Assembly (NCBI GenBank): GCA_965218615.1
Contig: CBDCLH010000001.1
Coordinates: forward strand, 473,447 to 537,446
From: Bryobacterales bacterium
Lineage (GTDB): Bacteria; Acidobacteriota; Terriglobia; Bryobacterales; UBA6623
Length of the DNA stretch: 64,000 nucleotides
Direction of reading: 5' to 3'
Shown here: positions 63,233 through 64,000 of the stretch, one piece after another
Layout of the letters: the number at the start of each line of letters is the position of its first letter
Position numbering within the stretch: the first letter of the stretch is position 1
The notes under the pieces: model-generated
Told to the model about the DNA's origin: nothing
Databases searched by the model: none
The model's input: only the letters and a program-made list of their open reading frames with translations
Translations under genes and position numbers: made by a program

Positions 63233-64000
63233 TGCACGCGGCCCCGCTCACCACGTTGGACTGGGTGTGCGTGATCATGGACGGGCCGGTGCGCCCGTTG
63301 GATTTTGCTCTGGTCCTGCACTTCAAGGACTCCATGGACGCCGAGGCTCTCAAGCTTGCCGCCCGTAGCGCCCGCAATCTGCACCCGTCGACGGCTTGCC
63401 GTTTGGAGGGGAGGCATTGGTCGCTCCTTAACAAGGACGCTGGGGGCCCGCACCACCGCCAGGCGTCAACCGGACAGGTCACTGCGGCGATCGAGGAGTT
63501 CCTAGCCGTCCCGTTTCAATTGTCCCGAGAACCGCCGCTACGCCAACTGCTGATCTCCAATCGGGAAGACCGGGCCGTGTGCTTGGTGACCCGGGTGCAT
63601 CACAGCGCCGCCGATCTGGTCAGCGCACTCGCATGGGTGCGTCACCAGCTGCGGGTCGCCTCCGGGCGTGAGCGATTCATGGGGGAGCCAGCTCCATACG
63701 AGACGCCGACGCTGGCCAAGGCTCCCTATCGGGCCCGCAGGAATCCCTACTGGGGCCGCTGCGATCCAATCTGGACGAGGGGTGCCAAGCCCTCGGGGTC
63801 GCGACGATGGCGCACTCTGTCGATTTCCGCGGGAGAGTTTGCGGGGCTCTCACGCACGAGCGCCGGATTCAGCTACAACGACCTGCTGCTGGTCGCCACC
63901 CTCGAAACGCTGCACTGGTGGAATGGCCTGCATCAAGCGGCTCGAGGCAAGATCGGCCTGTGGCTACCGATCAATGTGCGCCGAGAAAGGTTTGTCGGCT
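63232..64000 (+). CDS. Condensation / WS-DGAT-like acyltransferase-domain protein, 5' part (runs off the window)
   Basis: The ATG overlaps the desaturase stop (TGATG). The frame stays open to the window end. The HHSAAD motif (HHxxxD) lies about 130 aa from the start. It is absent from the ORF track because it has no stop in the window. Confidence 0.6.
   Translation, partial: MHAAPLTTLDWVCVIMDGPVRPLDFALVLHFKDSMDAEALKLAARSARNLHPSTACRLEGRHWSLLNKDAGGPHHRQASTGQVTAAIEEFLAVPFQLSREPPLRQLLISNREDRAVCLVTRVHHSAADLVSALAWVRHQLRVASGRERFMGEPAPYETPTLAKAPYRARRNPYWGRCDPIWTRGAKPSGSRRWRTLSISAGEFAGLSRTSAGFSYNDLLLVATLETLHWWNGLHQAARGKIGLWLPINVRRERFVG

Noticed and set aside
1-64000. CRISPR arrays, rRNA genes, prophage structural genes, integrases.
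   Set aside because: I saw no regularly spaced 25-40-nt repeats, no rRNA-like conserved stretches and no recombinase or phage structural motifs in any frame. Absence is based on visual inspection only.

Overview
High-GC bacterial chromosome segment. Spot counts of 60-nt lines give about 53-68% G+C in housekeeping genes. The gene content looks Acidobacteriota/PVC-like: a DUF1549/DUF1553 + DUF1501 pair, a PVC-type heme-binding dehydrogenase, sulfatases and a PhoX-like protein. All family names come from motifs I recognise by eye; no database search was possible.

The conserved backbone includes:
- purQ-purL-purF (18.4-22.9 kb);
- a respiratory operon on the minus strand (24.9-32.2 kb): Rieske protein, split cytochrome b, an octaheme 1000-aa cytochrome c, a cupredoxin lipoprotein and heme O synthase;
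- kdsB, mazG and a stand-alone EF-G paralogue.

Main points of interest:
1. A selenoprotein gene that the ORF track splits in two (14278-14808, minus strand). It has an in-frame TGA inside a U-G-S-C motif and a SECIS-like hairpin. It sits in an apparent operon with a thioredoxin-fold (CPAC) protein fused to a large uncharacterised domain and with a DapA-like TIM-barrel protein.
2. A lower-GC accessory island (about 53.6-62.3 kb). It carries an Arch_ATPase-like NTPase followed by a 953-aa P-loop / winged-helix / 8 x 43-aa-repeat STAND-like protein. A TTGACA promoter candidate and two copies of a TTGCAAC-N21-GTTGCAA palindrome lie upstream. The island also holds a truncated third AAA-wHTH gene, IS4 and IS21 remnants and a UPF0175/DUF3368 toxin-antitoxin pair.
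3. Two precisely delimitable IS insertions. One is a 1531-bp single-ORF IS66-family element with an 8-bp target-site duplication (TSD) that splits a beta-propeller gene. The other is a 2686-bp, about 75% G+C element with 20-bp imperfect inverted repeats and a 5-bp TSD; it splits a TolC-like gene and encodes an 848-aa YREK-type DDE transposase.
4. A striking load of gene lesions confined to accessory genes: at least 6 homopolymer-associated frameshifts, 3 in-frame TAG/TAA stops and a MacB-TolC deletion fusion.

No rRNA, tRNA or CRISPR array could be supported.
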